Of a stretch of 64,000 bases of DNA, positions 48,798-58,278 are shown piece by piece. The stretch covers positions 3,584,001 to 3,648,000 of the forward strand of contig OZ244799.1 of NCBI GenBank assembly GCA_965219955.1. The letters run 5' to 3'. Every line of letters starts with the position of its first letter. Position 1 is the stretch's first letter. The translations under genes and the position numbers were made by a program. Origin of the DNA: a bacterium. Its GTDB lineage: Bacteria > UBA8248. The notes beneath the pieces are model-generated. The model had not been told where the DNA came from and searched no databases. It saw only the letters and a list, made by a program, of their open reading frames with translations.

Positions 48798-49759
48798 GAT
48801 TTCCGCGCCTCGGGGAGGTCCGCATCCGCGTCGATGAAGCGTTTTCCCGTCTGGTTGATGAACACGTCCTCGAGCGTTGGCTTGCCGAGCGTGATGGAGC
48901 GCACCTCGCCGGGAAACGCCTCGGCGATCCTGGGGATGGCGGCGTGCGCGTCGCGCATCTCGGCGCGCAGGGAGCCGTCCACGCTCCTGACCTCACACGA
49001 GAACATCGCTTCCAGCTTCACGCGCAGGGATTCGGGGTCTCCCGCCTCGATGCTCAGCACCTCGCCGCCCACTTCCTTTTTGAGCGCGTCGGGCGCGCCG
49101 ATGGCGACGAGGTCCCCCTCGTGGATGACGCCCACCCGGTCCGCGTGGTCGGCCTCCCCGATGAAGTGCGTGGTGAGCACGACCGTGGTGTTCGTCTCGT
49201 TTCGCAGGCGACTGAGTTCGTTTCTGAAATCGATCCTGGCCCCGGGGTCGAGGCCCGTGCTGGGCTCGTCGAGGAACAATATCTCGGGCCGGGGCAGGAG
49301 CGCCTTGGCGAGTTCCACCCTGCGCTGAAGCCCCCCCGAGAGGGTCTCGACGTAATCCTTTTTCCTGTCGCTGATTCCGAATTGCGCGAGGAGCGCGTCG
49401 GCTGCGTTTCGCAGGGTGCTCCCGAGCATCCCGTGCAGCCTGCCGTGGTGGATCATGTTCTCGAACACGGTGAGCTTGGGGTCCAGGCCGGGTTGCTGGA
49501 AGACGACGCCGATTTTCTTTCGCACCGCATGGGGCGCGTCGCGCACCGAATGGCCGAAGACTTGCGCGTCGCCCGCGGTCGGGCGCATGAGGGTGGTGAT
49601 GATGCGGAAGAGAGTCGTCTTGCCGCCGCCGTTCGGACCCAGGAGCGCGAAGATCTCGCCCTCTGAAACCTCGAAGCGCACGTCCTTGAGTGCTGTGCGG
49701 CTCCCGTAGCGGTGGGTGACGCCTTGGACGTCCAGGGCGGGGCCGGGGTTCTGGTTCAA
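48794..49759 (-). CDS. ABC transporter ATP-binding protein
   Basis: GPNGGGKTT, LSGG, FLDEPSTGLDP. Confidence 0.93.
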   Translation of the reverse strand: MNQNPGPALDVQGVTHRYGSRTALKDVRFEVSEGEIFALLGPNGGGKTTLFRIITTLMRPTAGDAQVFGHSVRDAPHAVRKKIGVVFQQPGLDPKLTVFENMIHHGRLHGMLGSTLRNAADALLAQFGISDRKKDYVETLSGGLQRRVELAKALLPRPEILFLDEPSTGLDPGARIDFRNELSRLRNETNTTVVLTTHFIGEADHADRVGVIHEGDLVAIGAPDALKKEVGGEVLSIEAGDPESLRVKLEAMFSCEVRSVDGSLRAEMRDAHAAIPRIAEAFPGEVRSITLGKPTLEDVFINQTGKRFIDADADLPEARKS

Positions 49760-49764
49760 TTCAA

Positions 49765-50133
49765 TCAGTCCCCATCATCTTCGGGTGAGAGTTTCCGGTT
49801 GAAAAAGTAATCCGCGTTCAGCCAGATGGCGCGGGAGTAGCGAAACGAGAATAGCGGAATCAGGATGCAAAGCCCACCCCAGACGATGAGGTGCGTCGTA
49901 AGACCCGGTGCGAAGTAGATTTCGGTGAGCAGATAGCCGCCCAGGCAGATGATGACCGTGATGGCGTAGTTGATGTAGATGGCGCCGACGAAATAGCCCT
50001 GCTCACGCTCGATGAGATAGCCGCAGCCCGGGCATCGCTCGTGCATGCGGAATGGCCCCGTGAAAAGGGGCTCGGGGCATCTCGGGCACATCAGGGCGCA
50101 CCCGCGCCTGAGGGCGCGCAGGAATTCTCTCAT
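49765..50133 (-). CDS. DUF983 family membrane protein
   Basis: CPRC...CPGCG zinc-ribbon motif plus two TM helices; ATGA overlap. Confidence 0.75.
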   Translation of the reverse strand: MREFLRALRRGCALMCPRCPEPLFTGPFRMHERCPGCGYLIEREQGYFVGAIYINYAITVIICLGGYLLTEIYFAPGLTTHLIVWGGLCILIPLFSFRYSRAIWLNADYFFNRKLSPEDDGD

Positions 50134-50555
50134 GCCCTCGGGTAGAACACGTAGAGGAGCAGATAGACCGCGACTCCGGTGAACGAGACATAGAGCCAGA
50201 TGGGGTACGTCCAGCGGGCGATGCGGCGGTGCCGCTCGAAATCCCCCCGCCACGCCCTGTAGAGGGTGATGACCGCCATGGGCGGCACCAGGACGGCCAG
50301 GACCGAATGCGTGATGAGAATGGTGAAATAGACCGGGCGAATCCAGCCCTCACCGGTGAAACCGACCGAGCCCACGTTGTAGTGGTAGACGAGGTAGGAG
50401 ATCAGGAACAGGGTGGAGACGATGAACGCGCTCACCATGCATCGCTTGTGAGCCTCCACGTTTTTCACGTAGATGCGCCTGACCCCCGCCATGAGGAGAA
50501 AAGCGCTGGTGGCGTTCAACAAGGCGTTCAGGGTGGGCAGATCTCGAAGCGACAT
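50130..50555 (-). CDS. DUF420 (CtaM-like) membrane protein
   Basis: LNALLNATS, HKRCM, FLISYL.YH, ILITHS, HRRIARWT.PIWLYVS.TG. Confidence 0.88.
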   Translation of the reverse strand: MSLRDLPTLNALLNATSAFLLMAGVRRIYVKNVEAHKRCMVSAFIVSTLFLISYLVYHYNVGSVGFTGEGWIRPVYFTILITHSVLAVLVPPMAVITLYRAWRGDFERHRRIARWTYPIWLYVSFTGVAVYLLLYVFYPRA

Positions 50556-50600
50556 GAATTTTTGGTTTTTTTGAAGAGTCTGGCGGCGGTCGGGAGCGGC

Positions 50601-50897
50601 CTAGAAATCCGGCAGCACCATCAGCACCACGAACACGCACAGCACGAGCGGTATCATGGCGATGAAGCCCAGAGCCAGCTTCTCGAACTTCAGGTGCATG
50701 AAGTAAAGCGCCACGAGCGCCGCCTTGGCAACGGCCATGATGACGAGGAGCGCGCCCTTCAGGAGTTGCGGATAGGCGGGGCTCGCCTCGGGTATGCCTG
50801 CCAGAACCTCGAGAATCGTGAGCGCCAGGAGCCACCAGAAGATGGCCATGTAGCTCACGTGATGGTCGTCGTGTTGCGCGTGGCTTTCGCTTGCCAT
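50601..50897 (-). CDS. Cytochrome c oxidase subunit IV
   Basis: LLALTILEV, AVAKAALVALYFMHLKFE; start ATG 50897. Confidence 0.88.
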   Translation of the reverse strand: MASESHAQHDDHHVSYMAIFWWLLALTILEVLAGIPEASPAYPQLLKGALLVIMAVAKAALVALYFMHLKFEKLALGFIAMIPLVLCVFVVLMVLPDF

Positions 50898-50953
50898 GAT
50901 GTATGTGCTCTCCCTCGAACGAACCGGGCGCGCCGGGGACGCGCCCGAGATGG

Positions 50954-51577
50954 TTACAGCAGATAGATGAACGTGAACACGAGAATCCAGACGAGGTCCA
51001 CGAAGTGCCAGTAGAGGCCCGCGATTTCCACCTCGTTCCAGTTCGTCGCCGAATAAACGCCCTTTTTGCCGCGCATCGCGATGACGGCCAGATAGATGAC
51101 GCCGCCGGTCACGTGCATGCCGTGGAAGCCCGTGATGATGTAGAAGGTGGTGCCGAAGAGGCTGTCGCCCCACTTGTTGGTGGCGAGGCCCAACCCCAGG
51201 TTGATCAGGTGGGTCCACTCGTAGGCCTGCAATGCCAGGAAGATAAGGCCGCCGCCTACGGTGAGCCACATGTACTTGACCAGCCCCTCCTGATCGCCTT
51301 TCTTGATGGCGTCCAGGCCCTTCACCATCGTCACGCTGCTGCATATGAGCAGGAACGTCATGAACGCGGTGAGCGAGATGCCCAGCACCTCGGTGGGGTT
51401 CGGCCAGTTCGCGCTGTTGCCCCGCATGATGGCGTAACCCGCCAGCAAGGTTCCGAACGACATGGCGTCGCCCGCCAGAAATACCCACATCCCCAGCTTG
51501 CCCCAGCTTTCGGGGGTAAGCGGGGTTTCTGCTGGTTCCACTCCGTGGGCGTGATCCACGGCGGCGGCTTCACTCAC
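50954..51577 (-). CDS. ctaE: Cytochrome c oxidase subunit III (second copy)
   Basis: KLGMWVFLAGD, FYIITGFHGMHV, GLYWHFVDLVW. Confidence 0.92.
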   Translation of the reverse strand: MSEAAAVDHAHGVEPAETPLTPESWGKLGMWVFLAGDAMSFGTLLAGYAIMRGNSANWPNPTEVLGISLTAFMTFLLICSSVTMVKGLDAIKKGDQEGLVKYMWLTVGGGLIFLALQAYEWTHLINLGLGLATNKWGDSLFGTTFYIITGFHGMHVTGGVIYLAVIAMRGKKGVYSATNWNEVEIAGLYWHFVDLVWILVFTFIYLL

Positions 51578-51592
51578 TTCGCCTTCTCCTTC

Positions 51593-51829
51593 TTAATCGG
51601 TAAAAATGCCTTTGTTCGCCGGCTCTCTTTTCGAACGCCGGGAATTGTATACGAAATAACCGCCCGTCACCGTGGCGATCACGAACGGCATGCTGATCAG
51701 GAAACCCATGCTCCAGAGAAAACCGGGCTCGCTGTCCACCCCGCACACCGCGCAGGCGAAGGCGTAATCCTGTGCGGACAGGACGAGCCCCAAAGCTGCG
51801 GCGATGAGAATGGCAACGACTGGTTTCAC
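51593..51829 (-). CDS. Small CxxC membrane protein in the cox operon (78 aa)
   Basis: RBS AAGGAG then GTG; signal peptide, AFA-CAVC, one TM helix. Confidence 0.65.
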   Translation of the reverse strand: MKPVVAILIAAALGLVLSAQDYAFACAVCGVDSEPGFLWSMGFLISMPFVIATVTGGYFVYNSRRSKREPANKGIFTD

Positions 51830-51900
51830 CTGAATCTCCTTGAGGCGAGTATGCCACCCGCTCCGCGAAAGTGTCAACGTTTCAAGCCTTTCCTGCGCCG

Positions 51901-52605
51901 TCAGAGCAGGTAGACCAGGTAGAACAGAATCGGCCAAAGCCCCACTACGAGATGCCAGTACATCGCGCATGCGACCACCCCGTTGGGATTGCGGGCGGAG
52001 TATTTTCCCAGATGCGCGCGAACGAGAACGGCGACCAGCCAGACGACCGCGCTCAACACGTGAAACCCGTGCGTACCGATGATGGAGTAGAAGAGCGAGC
52101 CGTACACGTTCGCCGAGGCGGTGAGTCCGAAGCTGACCAGCCGCACCCATTCATATCCCTGGATGGCGAGGAATACGGCGCCCAGAACGCCCGTGATGGT
52201 GAGCAGGCGCGGCAGGGCCTTCGCGTCGCCTCTTTTGAGCGCAAGCTGCGCGCGAACCATCGTGTAGCTGCTCAGCAGCAGGAGGGCCGTGTTGACGGCG
52301 GTCACTTCCACGGGCAGGCGCGGCTGAAAGGGCGGCGGCCAGGGCTTCCCGCTGAAGCGGAAGACCAGGAAGGCCCCGATCAGGCCCGAGAAGAACATGA
52401 TTTCGGCCGCGATCAGGACCAGCATGGCGAGTTGGGTGTTTCCGAGCACGGGTTTTCCGGCGGGAGACGAACCCTGGGATTCGTCTCCTCCGCCATTTCC
52501 GTTGTCCCCGTTATCGTCGGGTGGTTCGGGCGGCGGCGGAGGGGGCGGCGCGTCTTCCCATCGCTCCGTGCTTTTTTTCGGCGGCGCTTCGAGTACCGGA
52601 TTCAA
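51901..52605 (-). CDS. ctaE: Cytochrome c oxidase subunit III (first copy, Pro/Gly-rich N-terminus)
   Basis: AAEIMFF, NTALLLLSS, GTHGFHV, MYWHLV. Confidence 0.9.
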   Translation of the reverse strand: MNPVLEAPPKKSTERWEDAPPPPPPPEPPDDNGDNGNGGGDESQGSSPAGKPVLGNTQLAMLVLIAAEIMFFSGLIGAFLVFRFSGKPWPPPFQPRLPVEVTAVNTALLLLSSYTMVRAQLALKRGDAKALPRLLTITGVLGAVFLAIQGYEWVRLVSFGLTASANVYGSLFYSIIGTHGFHVLSAVVWLVAVLVRAHLGKYSARNPNGVVACAMYWHLVVGLWPILFYLVYLL

Positions 52606-52620
52606 CGGATCTCCTCCCGC

Positions 52621-52743
52621 CTAGTTCTTGACGATGGCTACTGTCCACGCGAAGGCGGCCAGACATACGATGAAGAGAAACAGCAAAATCCCGGTAAGTC
52701 GGATCTTGTTCTTCTTTTGTGTCTTGTCCATCGCTTCGTTCAT
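52621..52743 (-). CDS. Tiny single-TM protein (40 aa) in the cox operon
   Basis: ATGA overlap with the ctaB stop; MNEAMDKTQKKNKIRLTGILLFLFIVCLAAFAWTVAIVKN. Confidence 0.55.
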   Translation of the reverse strand: MNEAMDKTQKKNKIRLTGILLFLFIVCLAAFAWTVAIVKN

Positions 52744-53630
52744 CCGAAAATCATGGCCAGCAGCAGCGCCGGCAGATAAGTCAGCGAGTAGTAGAACAGA
52801 CGCCTCGCGGATACGGGGCCTTTTTCTCTGGCCATGTGGACGCCATAACCGAGATAGGCGAACCCCAGGATGATGGAGATCGTGAAATAAAGGGGACCCG
52901 CCATGCCGATGAGCGCCGGGGCCATGCCGGCGGGAATGAGCGCCAGGCAATAGGAGATGACCTGCCTGCCCGTGCTCGCGCCGCCGGGGTCCTCGACGGG
53001 CAGGAGCTTGATGTCCGCTCTCGCGAAGTCCTCGCGGTACATCACGGCGATCGCCAGCGCGTGGGGGATCTGCCAGAGGAACATGATGCAGAACACCACG
53101 AACGCCTCGATCGAGAGCGCGCCCGTGGCCGCCGCCCAGCCGATGACCGGCGGCATGGCGCCCGGAACCGCGCCCACCACACTGTTCAGCGATGTCGTGC
53201 GCTTGAGCGGCGTATACAGGAACAGGTAAAGCCCGCCGGTGGCCGCGATGAGAAGCGCGGTGAAGGGGTTCACGAGAACGGCCAGGTAGGCCACGCCGAG
53301 CAGCATGACGGCGGAGCCGAACAGGAGCGCGTCGAACTTCAGGAGGCGGCCGTCGGGCAGCGGGCGTTTTTGCGTGCGGATCATCCGGGCGTCGAGGTCT
53401 TCCTCGGACGCCTGGTTGAGCGCCAGCGCGCCGCCCGTCGCAAGGGCCGAGCCGATGAGCGTGTGGATGAGCAGGATAATATCGAGGCCTGCGCCCGAGG
53501 CGAGGTAGAAGCCCGCGGCGGTGACGACGAGCACCATCGGCAGAATGCGCGGTTTGGTGAGTTCCAGGTAGTCCACCGCTCTTCTTTTGGCGGCGTCGAG
53601 ATTGATCGCCTCTGTGCGAAGATTCGTCAT
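52740..53630 (-). CDS. ctaB: Protoheme IX farnesyltransferase (heme o synthase)
   Basis: LTKPRI, DARMIRTQKRPLP, YTPLKR, GAVPGAMPP.IGW, WQIPH. Confidence 0.95.
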   Translation of the reverse strand: MTNLRTEAINLDAAKRRAVDYLELTKPRILPMVLVVTAAGFYLASGAGLDIILLIHTLIGSALATGGALALNQASEEDLDARMIRTQKRPLPDGRLLKFDALLFGSAVMLLGVAYLAVLVNPFTALLIAATGGLYLFLYTPLKRTTSLNSVVGAVPGAMPPVIGWAAATGALSIEAFVVFCIMFLWQIPHALAIAVMYREDFARADIKLLPVEDPGGASTGRQVISYCLALIPAGMAPALIGMAGPLYFTISIILGFAYLGYGVHMAREKGPVSARRLFYYSLTYLPALLLAMIFG

Positions 53631-54571
53631 GCGCGCGCGCCTCCCGCCGCAACGGGCGTTTCGGCGGCCTTGAAGGCGAAGGGGCCGTCTTTATTGAGAC
53701 GAAGGGCCACGACGAGTGAGGCCGCGAAGAGCATCGCGCCCACCACGACGTGGGCGGAAGTCATCACGATGATAAATCCGGGACTAAAGGCCTCGCCCAT
53801 GGCGGCGTATTTGCCGATCCACGAGGCGACGCCGAGCGCGAGCTGGACGAGCAGCAGGACCCACAGGAAGTTCGCCTCTCTGGCGAGGGCGCCCGCGTTC
53901 GGCAGCTTCAGTATCTTGTAAGAGAGCAGGATGACGTGGATGGTGCTCAGCGCCGCGAAGAGCAGATGGGCGTCGAGCCTGTTTCCGGTGTGGCGCAGCA
54001 CCGCGCCGAAGATGATCTGCGTGTAGAGCAGCAACACCGTGATGAGGCTCAGCCTGGCCAGCCGTCTGTCGTCAACGGTGTCTGTCTCCTCATGCCAGCC
54101 TCGGGAGGTGAACAGCGCCATGCTCACCATGAGGCCGAAGAAAACCTGCGCGACGCAGGCGTGGACGATGGCCAGGTTGAGCTTGATGAGCACCACCCGC
54201 ATGCCGCCGAGCACGCCCTGTAGAATCACCAGGCCGACAGCGAACGCACCCAGCCGGTGCATCCATTTGCGCTCATCGGTCTTCCAGACGGCGGCGGCCG
54301 TCAGGATGGTGAGAATCCCCACCAGCGAGCCGAGCAGGCGGTGTGAGTGTTCGATGAAAACGCCGCCCACCATCTTCGACCAGGGAAAGAGGAACATGTT
54401 GTAGCCGAACGTGGTGGGCCAGTCGGGAACGGCGAGACCCGAACCCGTGCTCGTCACCAGACCGCCGGCGAGGATGAGCACGACGGTGAAGACGCAGGTC
54501 AGCAGGGCGAAACGATGGGGCCAGCCCCCCCCTTTCACGGCGGGAAGGCCGGCACGGCGGTCAGATGCCAT
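53627..54571 (-). CDS. ctaA: Heme A synthase (COX15/CtaA)
   Basis: SGLAVPDWP, EHSHR, QGVLGG, conserved His residues. Confidence 0.9.
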   Translation of the reverse strand: MASDRRAGLPAVKGGGWPHRFALLTCVFTVVLILAGGLVTSTGSGLAVPDWPTTFGYNMFLFPWSKMVGGVFIEHSHRLLGSLVGILTILTAAAVWKTDERKWMHRLGAFAVGLVILQGVLGGMRVVLIKLNLAIVHACVAQVFFGLMVSMALFTSRGWHEETDTVDDRRLARLSLITVLLLYTQIIFGAVLRHTGNRLDAHLLFAALSTIHVILLSYKILKLPNAGALAREANFLWVLLLVQLALGVASWIGKYAAMGEAFSPGFIIVMTSAHVVVGAMLFAASLVVALRLNKDGPFAFKAAETPVAAGGARA

Positions 54572-54607
54572 GCGCGTTCTCTCCCGGGGTAGTTTGCGTC
54601 GGCGGCG

Positions 54608-56569
54608 CTAGTGTCCGGCTTCGGCGTACTTGGGGTCGATGGTTTCGGTCTGCGGCGCCCAGTCCGCTTCCTCGCCGGGGACGCTGTACTCATAGGGTCC
54701 GCGCCGGACCACCGGAAGCGTGGGGCCGAAGTTCCCGTGAGGCGCCGGCGTGGGCGCCACCCACTCGAGCGTGTTGGCGTCCCAGGGATTCTGGGGCGCG
54801 TCGGCGCCCAGCGGAGCCATGTTCTTCTCGAGATAGCGGTAGAGCCACACCGCAAGCGCGATGGCGACGACCGTGCCCGCGATGCGCGCGCCCGTCGAGG
54901 GCTCGGGCTCCATCATGCCCTCGAACATCACCGCCACGCTCTTGTAGCCGATGAAGCCGACCACGATGGCCGAGACCGCCTGGGTGAGCACGCGGAACCA
55001 CTTCGCGTTCCAGCGGAAGACGGTGGCGAAGAAGTTGAACACGAAGGGAATCTGCGAGAGCCCCAGCGCAAGCGCGGAGAGGGTGATCATCACGTTGATC
55101 GGCTGCATGCCCTGCAGGAATTCATACTGCATGGGGTTGTAGATGCGCCGCATGTGGCCGCCCACGCCCAGGATGTGCATCGGGAAGAACACCAGGTTGA
55201 AGAAGATGAACGTGAGCCAGAAGTGCACCTTGCCCAGCGCCTCGTCCATGGCCCTTCCGAACATTTTCGGGAACCAGTACTGTATGCCGCCGAAGAGCGC
55301 AAAGACGCTGCCGCCGAAGATGACGTAGTGGAAATGCGCCACGATGAAGTAGGTGTCGTGAATGTAGATGTCCACCACGTTCGACGCCATGAAGATGCCG
55401 CTCAGCCCGCCGATGACGAACAGGATGACGAACGCCAGGGCGTGGAGCATCGGCACGGTGAAGCGGATCGAGCCCCCCCACAGGGTGCCCAGCCAGTTGA
55501 AGGTCTTGATCGCCGATGGTATCGCGATGACGAGCGTCGTCATCATGAAGGCCGAGCCAAGGGCGGGGTTCATGCCGGACTGGAACATGTGGTGGCCCCA
55601 GACGATCCAGGACAGGAAGGCGATGGCGAGCATGGCGTACACCATGGCCCGGTAGCCGAAGATCGGTTTTCTGCAGAAGACAGGCAGCAACTCCGAGGCG
55701 ATGCCCATGCCCGGAAGGATGAGGATGTAGACCTCCGGGTGGCCGAAATACCAGAACAGATGCTGCCAGAGGAGGGGTTCGCCCCCCTTCGCGGGGTTGA
55801 AGAAGTTGGTCTCGAACACGCGGTCGAAGATCATCATCGCGCCCGCGGAGCCCAGAATAGGCAGGGCCAGCAGGCCCAGGATGGCGGTGACGAACAGGGA
55901 CCACACGACGAGCGGCACCCGGAACCAGGTCATGCCCTCGGTGCGCATGTTGATGAGCGTCGTGATGTAGTTGATCGAGCCCATGAGCGAGGAGAAACTC
56001 AGCACGAACAGGCTTAACGCCCATAACGTCTGCCCCATGAAGACGCCGGTGTATTCCGGTATGGTGGATAACGGCGCGTAGCCTGTCCAGCCGGCGGCGG
56101 CGTGTCCCCCCTCGACGAAGAATCCGGCGGTCATGATGACGGCGCCGAGTACGGCGACCCAGAACGAGAGCATGTTCAGCACCGGGAACGCCATGTCGCG
56201 CGCCCCGATCATCAGCGGGATGAGGAAGTTCCCGAAACAGCCCACCAGAATCGGCATCACGACGAGGAACACCATGATGGTCGCGTGCATCGTGACCGCC
56301 ATGTTGTAGAAGTTCGGCGTGACGTAGCCCTCGGGCATGCCCTCGCTCTCGTCCGATATCCACTCGAAGCCCCAGACCTGGGTCTCCGGCCAGGCGAGCT
56401 GCCAGCGGAAGATCAGGGCGAGAATTCCGCCGACGACCATCATGATGAGGCCGAGCCAGAGGAACTGCCTGGCGATCATCTTGTGGTCCAGCGAGAAGAC
56501 GTATGTGCTCCAGAACCCACCCTCGTGGTGGTCGTGAGCGCCGTGTGCGTCTGCCGTGGTTTCGCTCAT
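54608..56569 (-). CDS. ctaD: Cytochrome c oxidase subunit I (A1 type)
   Basis: DHK, MHAT, FGHPEVY, WGHHMF, VAHFHY, GHMRRI. Confidence 0.96.
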   Translation of the reverse strand: MSETTADAHGAHDHHEGGFWSTYVFSLDHKMIARQFLWLGLIMMVVGGILALIFRWQLAWPETQVWGFEWISDESEGMPEGYVTPNFYNMAVTMHATIMVFLVVMPILVGCFGNFLIPLMIGARDMAFPVLNMLSFWVAVLGAVIMTAGFFVEGGHAAAGWTGYAPLSTIPEYTGVFMGQTLWALSLFVLSFSSLMGSINYITTLINMRTEGMTWFRVPLVVWSLFVTAILGLLALPILGSAGAMMIFDRVFETNFFNPAKGGEPLLWQHLFWYFGHPEVYILILPGMGIASELLPVFCRKPIFGYRAMVYAMLAIAFLSWIVWGHHMFQSGMNPALGSAFMMTTLVIAIPSAIKTFNWLGTLWGGSIRFTVPMLHALAFVILFVIGGLSGIFMASNVVDIYIHDTYFIVAHFHYVIFGGSVFALFGGIQYWFPKMFGRAMDEALGKVHFWLTFIFFNLVFFPMHILGVGGHMRRIYNPMQYEFLQGMQPINVMITLSALALGLSQIPFVFNFFATVFRWNAKWFRVLTQAVSAIVVGFIGYKSVAVMFEGMMEPEPSTGARIAGTVVAIALAVWLYRYLEKNMAPLGADAPQNPWDANTLEWVAPTPAPHGNFGPTLPVVRRGPYEYSVPGEEADWAPQTETIDPKYAEAGH

Positions 56570-56669
56570 GGTTTCCTGCATCCCTCGTAAGTTTGGTTTA
56601 CCGGAGGAAAACTCCCGCCGACACGTTCAAAATATGAAAGAGGGCGCGCGCCCTCATGAATACGGCCGT

Positions 56670-57338
56670 TTATTTGTCTTTCTCCTCCCAGGCTTTCTTG
56701 CGCCACTTCGCGTAGTCCGCCTCGGAGTGGACAATCATCTCCCCGTTCATGCCCGAATGCCCGAAGCCGCAAAGCTCCGCGCAGGGGATTTCGTATTTGC
56801 CCACCTTGGTCGGCGTGAACCACAGCGGAATCGTGCGGCCGGGCACCACGTCCTGTTTCATGCGGGTCTGGGGAATGAAGAAGCTGTGGATGACGTCTGC
56901 TCCCTTGAGCGAGATGAGCACCTGCTTGTTCACGGGCACGTTCAACTGGTTGTCGAGGACCAGATCGTCCTTGGTGCCGAATTTCCCGTCGTCTCCGGGA
57001 TAGCGGACGATCCAGTTGAACTGCTTGCCGGTGACTTCGACGCGCACGTGGGGGTTCTGGGGTATCGCCAGTTTCAGCTTCGCCCAGGAGGTCTGCGTCA
57101 TCAGGACGAAGACGAGCAGGATGAAGGTGGGGATCACCGTCCAGAGTATTTCCAGCGTGTTGTTGCCGTGCGTGTATTTCGCCTTCACGCCCGGCTTGGC
57201 GCGGTACTTGATGATGAAATACGCCATGGCGACGGCGACGCCGATGAAGACGACCACCGTCAGGTAGTAGGACACATAGAAGAGAAAGTCGATTTCCTCT
57301 CCTTCGATGGAGATGTTCTCCGGGAGCCAACTCATCAT
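56670..57338 (-). CDS. ctaC: Cytochrome c oxidase subunit II
   Basis: LEILWT, DVIHSF, CuA motif CAELCGFGHSGM. Confidence 0.95.
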   Translation of the reverse strand: MMSWLPENISIEGEEIDFLFYVSYYLTVVVFIGVAVAMAYFIIKYRAKPGVKAKYTHGNNTLEILWTVIPTFILLVFVLMTQTSWAKLKLAIPQNPHVRVEVTGKQFNWIVRYPGDDGKFGTKDDLVLDNQLNVPVNKQVLISLKGADVIHSFFIPQTRMKQDVVPGRTIPLWFTPTKVGKYEIPCAELCGFGHSGMNGEMIVHSEADYAKWRKKAWEEKDK

Positions 57339-57634
57339 GATGAAGCGTATCCTCCGGGCCATGCCGCGACAGGGCGAAGCGCACAACCGCAACCCCCCGA
57401 AACCGCGAAAAAATGGATGGTTTCCTTTTAAACCGCAGAGGGAGTCTAAAGGATAAGCGAGAGAGTTTTCAAGCGCGCGCGGGAAAATAATTTGCATTAA
57501 GGGCAGGGCATTCTCGTCCCGGAAGAGATGATGTGCGCTGCGCACCCACCGCCCTGTTGACCTTGCTTCCCGGTGGGGGTAGTTTCCCCGTTTTGTTTGC
57601 AAGATGCGCGTCTTGCGGGCTATAAAGAAAGAGC

Positions 57635-57711
<77 letters not shown>

Positions 57712-57722
57712 TCCAATACGAG

Positions 57723-57753
57723 AAGGCCGGGGCCATGCGGCCCCGGCCTTTTT
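57723..57753 (+). terminator. Rho-independent terminator after the tRNA
   Basis: AAGGCCGGGGCC-ATGC-GGCCCCGGCCTT followed by a T tract. Confidence 0.85.
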
Positions 57754-58278
57754 AGTTGGGGGATATCTTCTACCTTTCCAAGCAGGTTTCAGCCCCCCTC
57801 AAAAATCCCGCCTTAATTCTTCCCGTGAAGCGCCGTTAAAATATCTCTATGTTCTCCATCGCTCCGGCGTGCGCCCCTTGCCGGCCTCGGGCCTCGCCCC
57901 CTCGTCCGCGCAAGGATTTTCACCAAATCCCCCCGGGAACCAGAAGCCGCTCCCCGGGAATTCCTCCACCGGCCAGCCCCTCGCGAGAGGGTTGTTTTTG
58001 CTGGAAATAACGCTATATGGAGGATTCCGGGGAAATGCTCCGTTTTTTTATGTTTTGCATTTTGTCGGGAAAAGGTTAGAATACGCCATATATTTGAAAC
58101 TGCATTGATATATGCGCCAATAAAAATTTCGCCCTGTGGAAGTTCCGCATTATCGTTACAAGGGAGGAATCTTTATCGGAGGATGCTCAATGTTTGCGGC
58201 GTGAGGCGAGGCTTGGGTCTCGCGTTCAGGATGTGCGGCATAATTGGGTTGTATCCTACACAATAAGGAGGCGCTTGT

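Noticed and set aside
54611-56363. Long alternative-frame ORFs over ctaD
   Set aside because: Artefacts of high-GC codon bias with low-complexity Arg/His/Gly translations.
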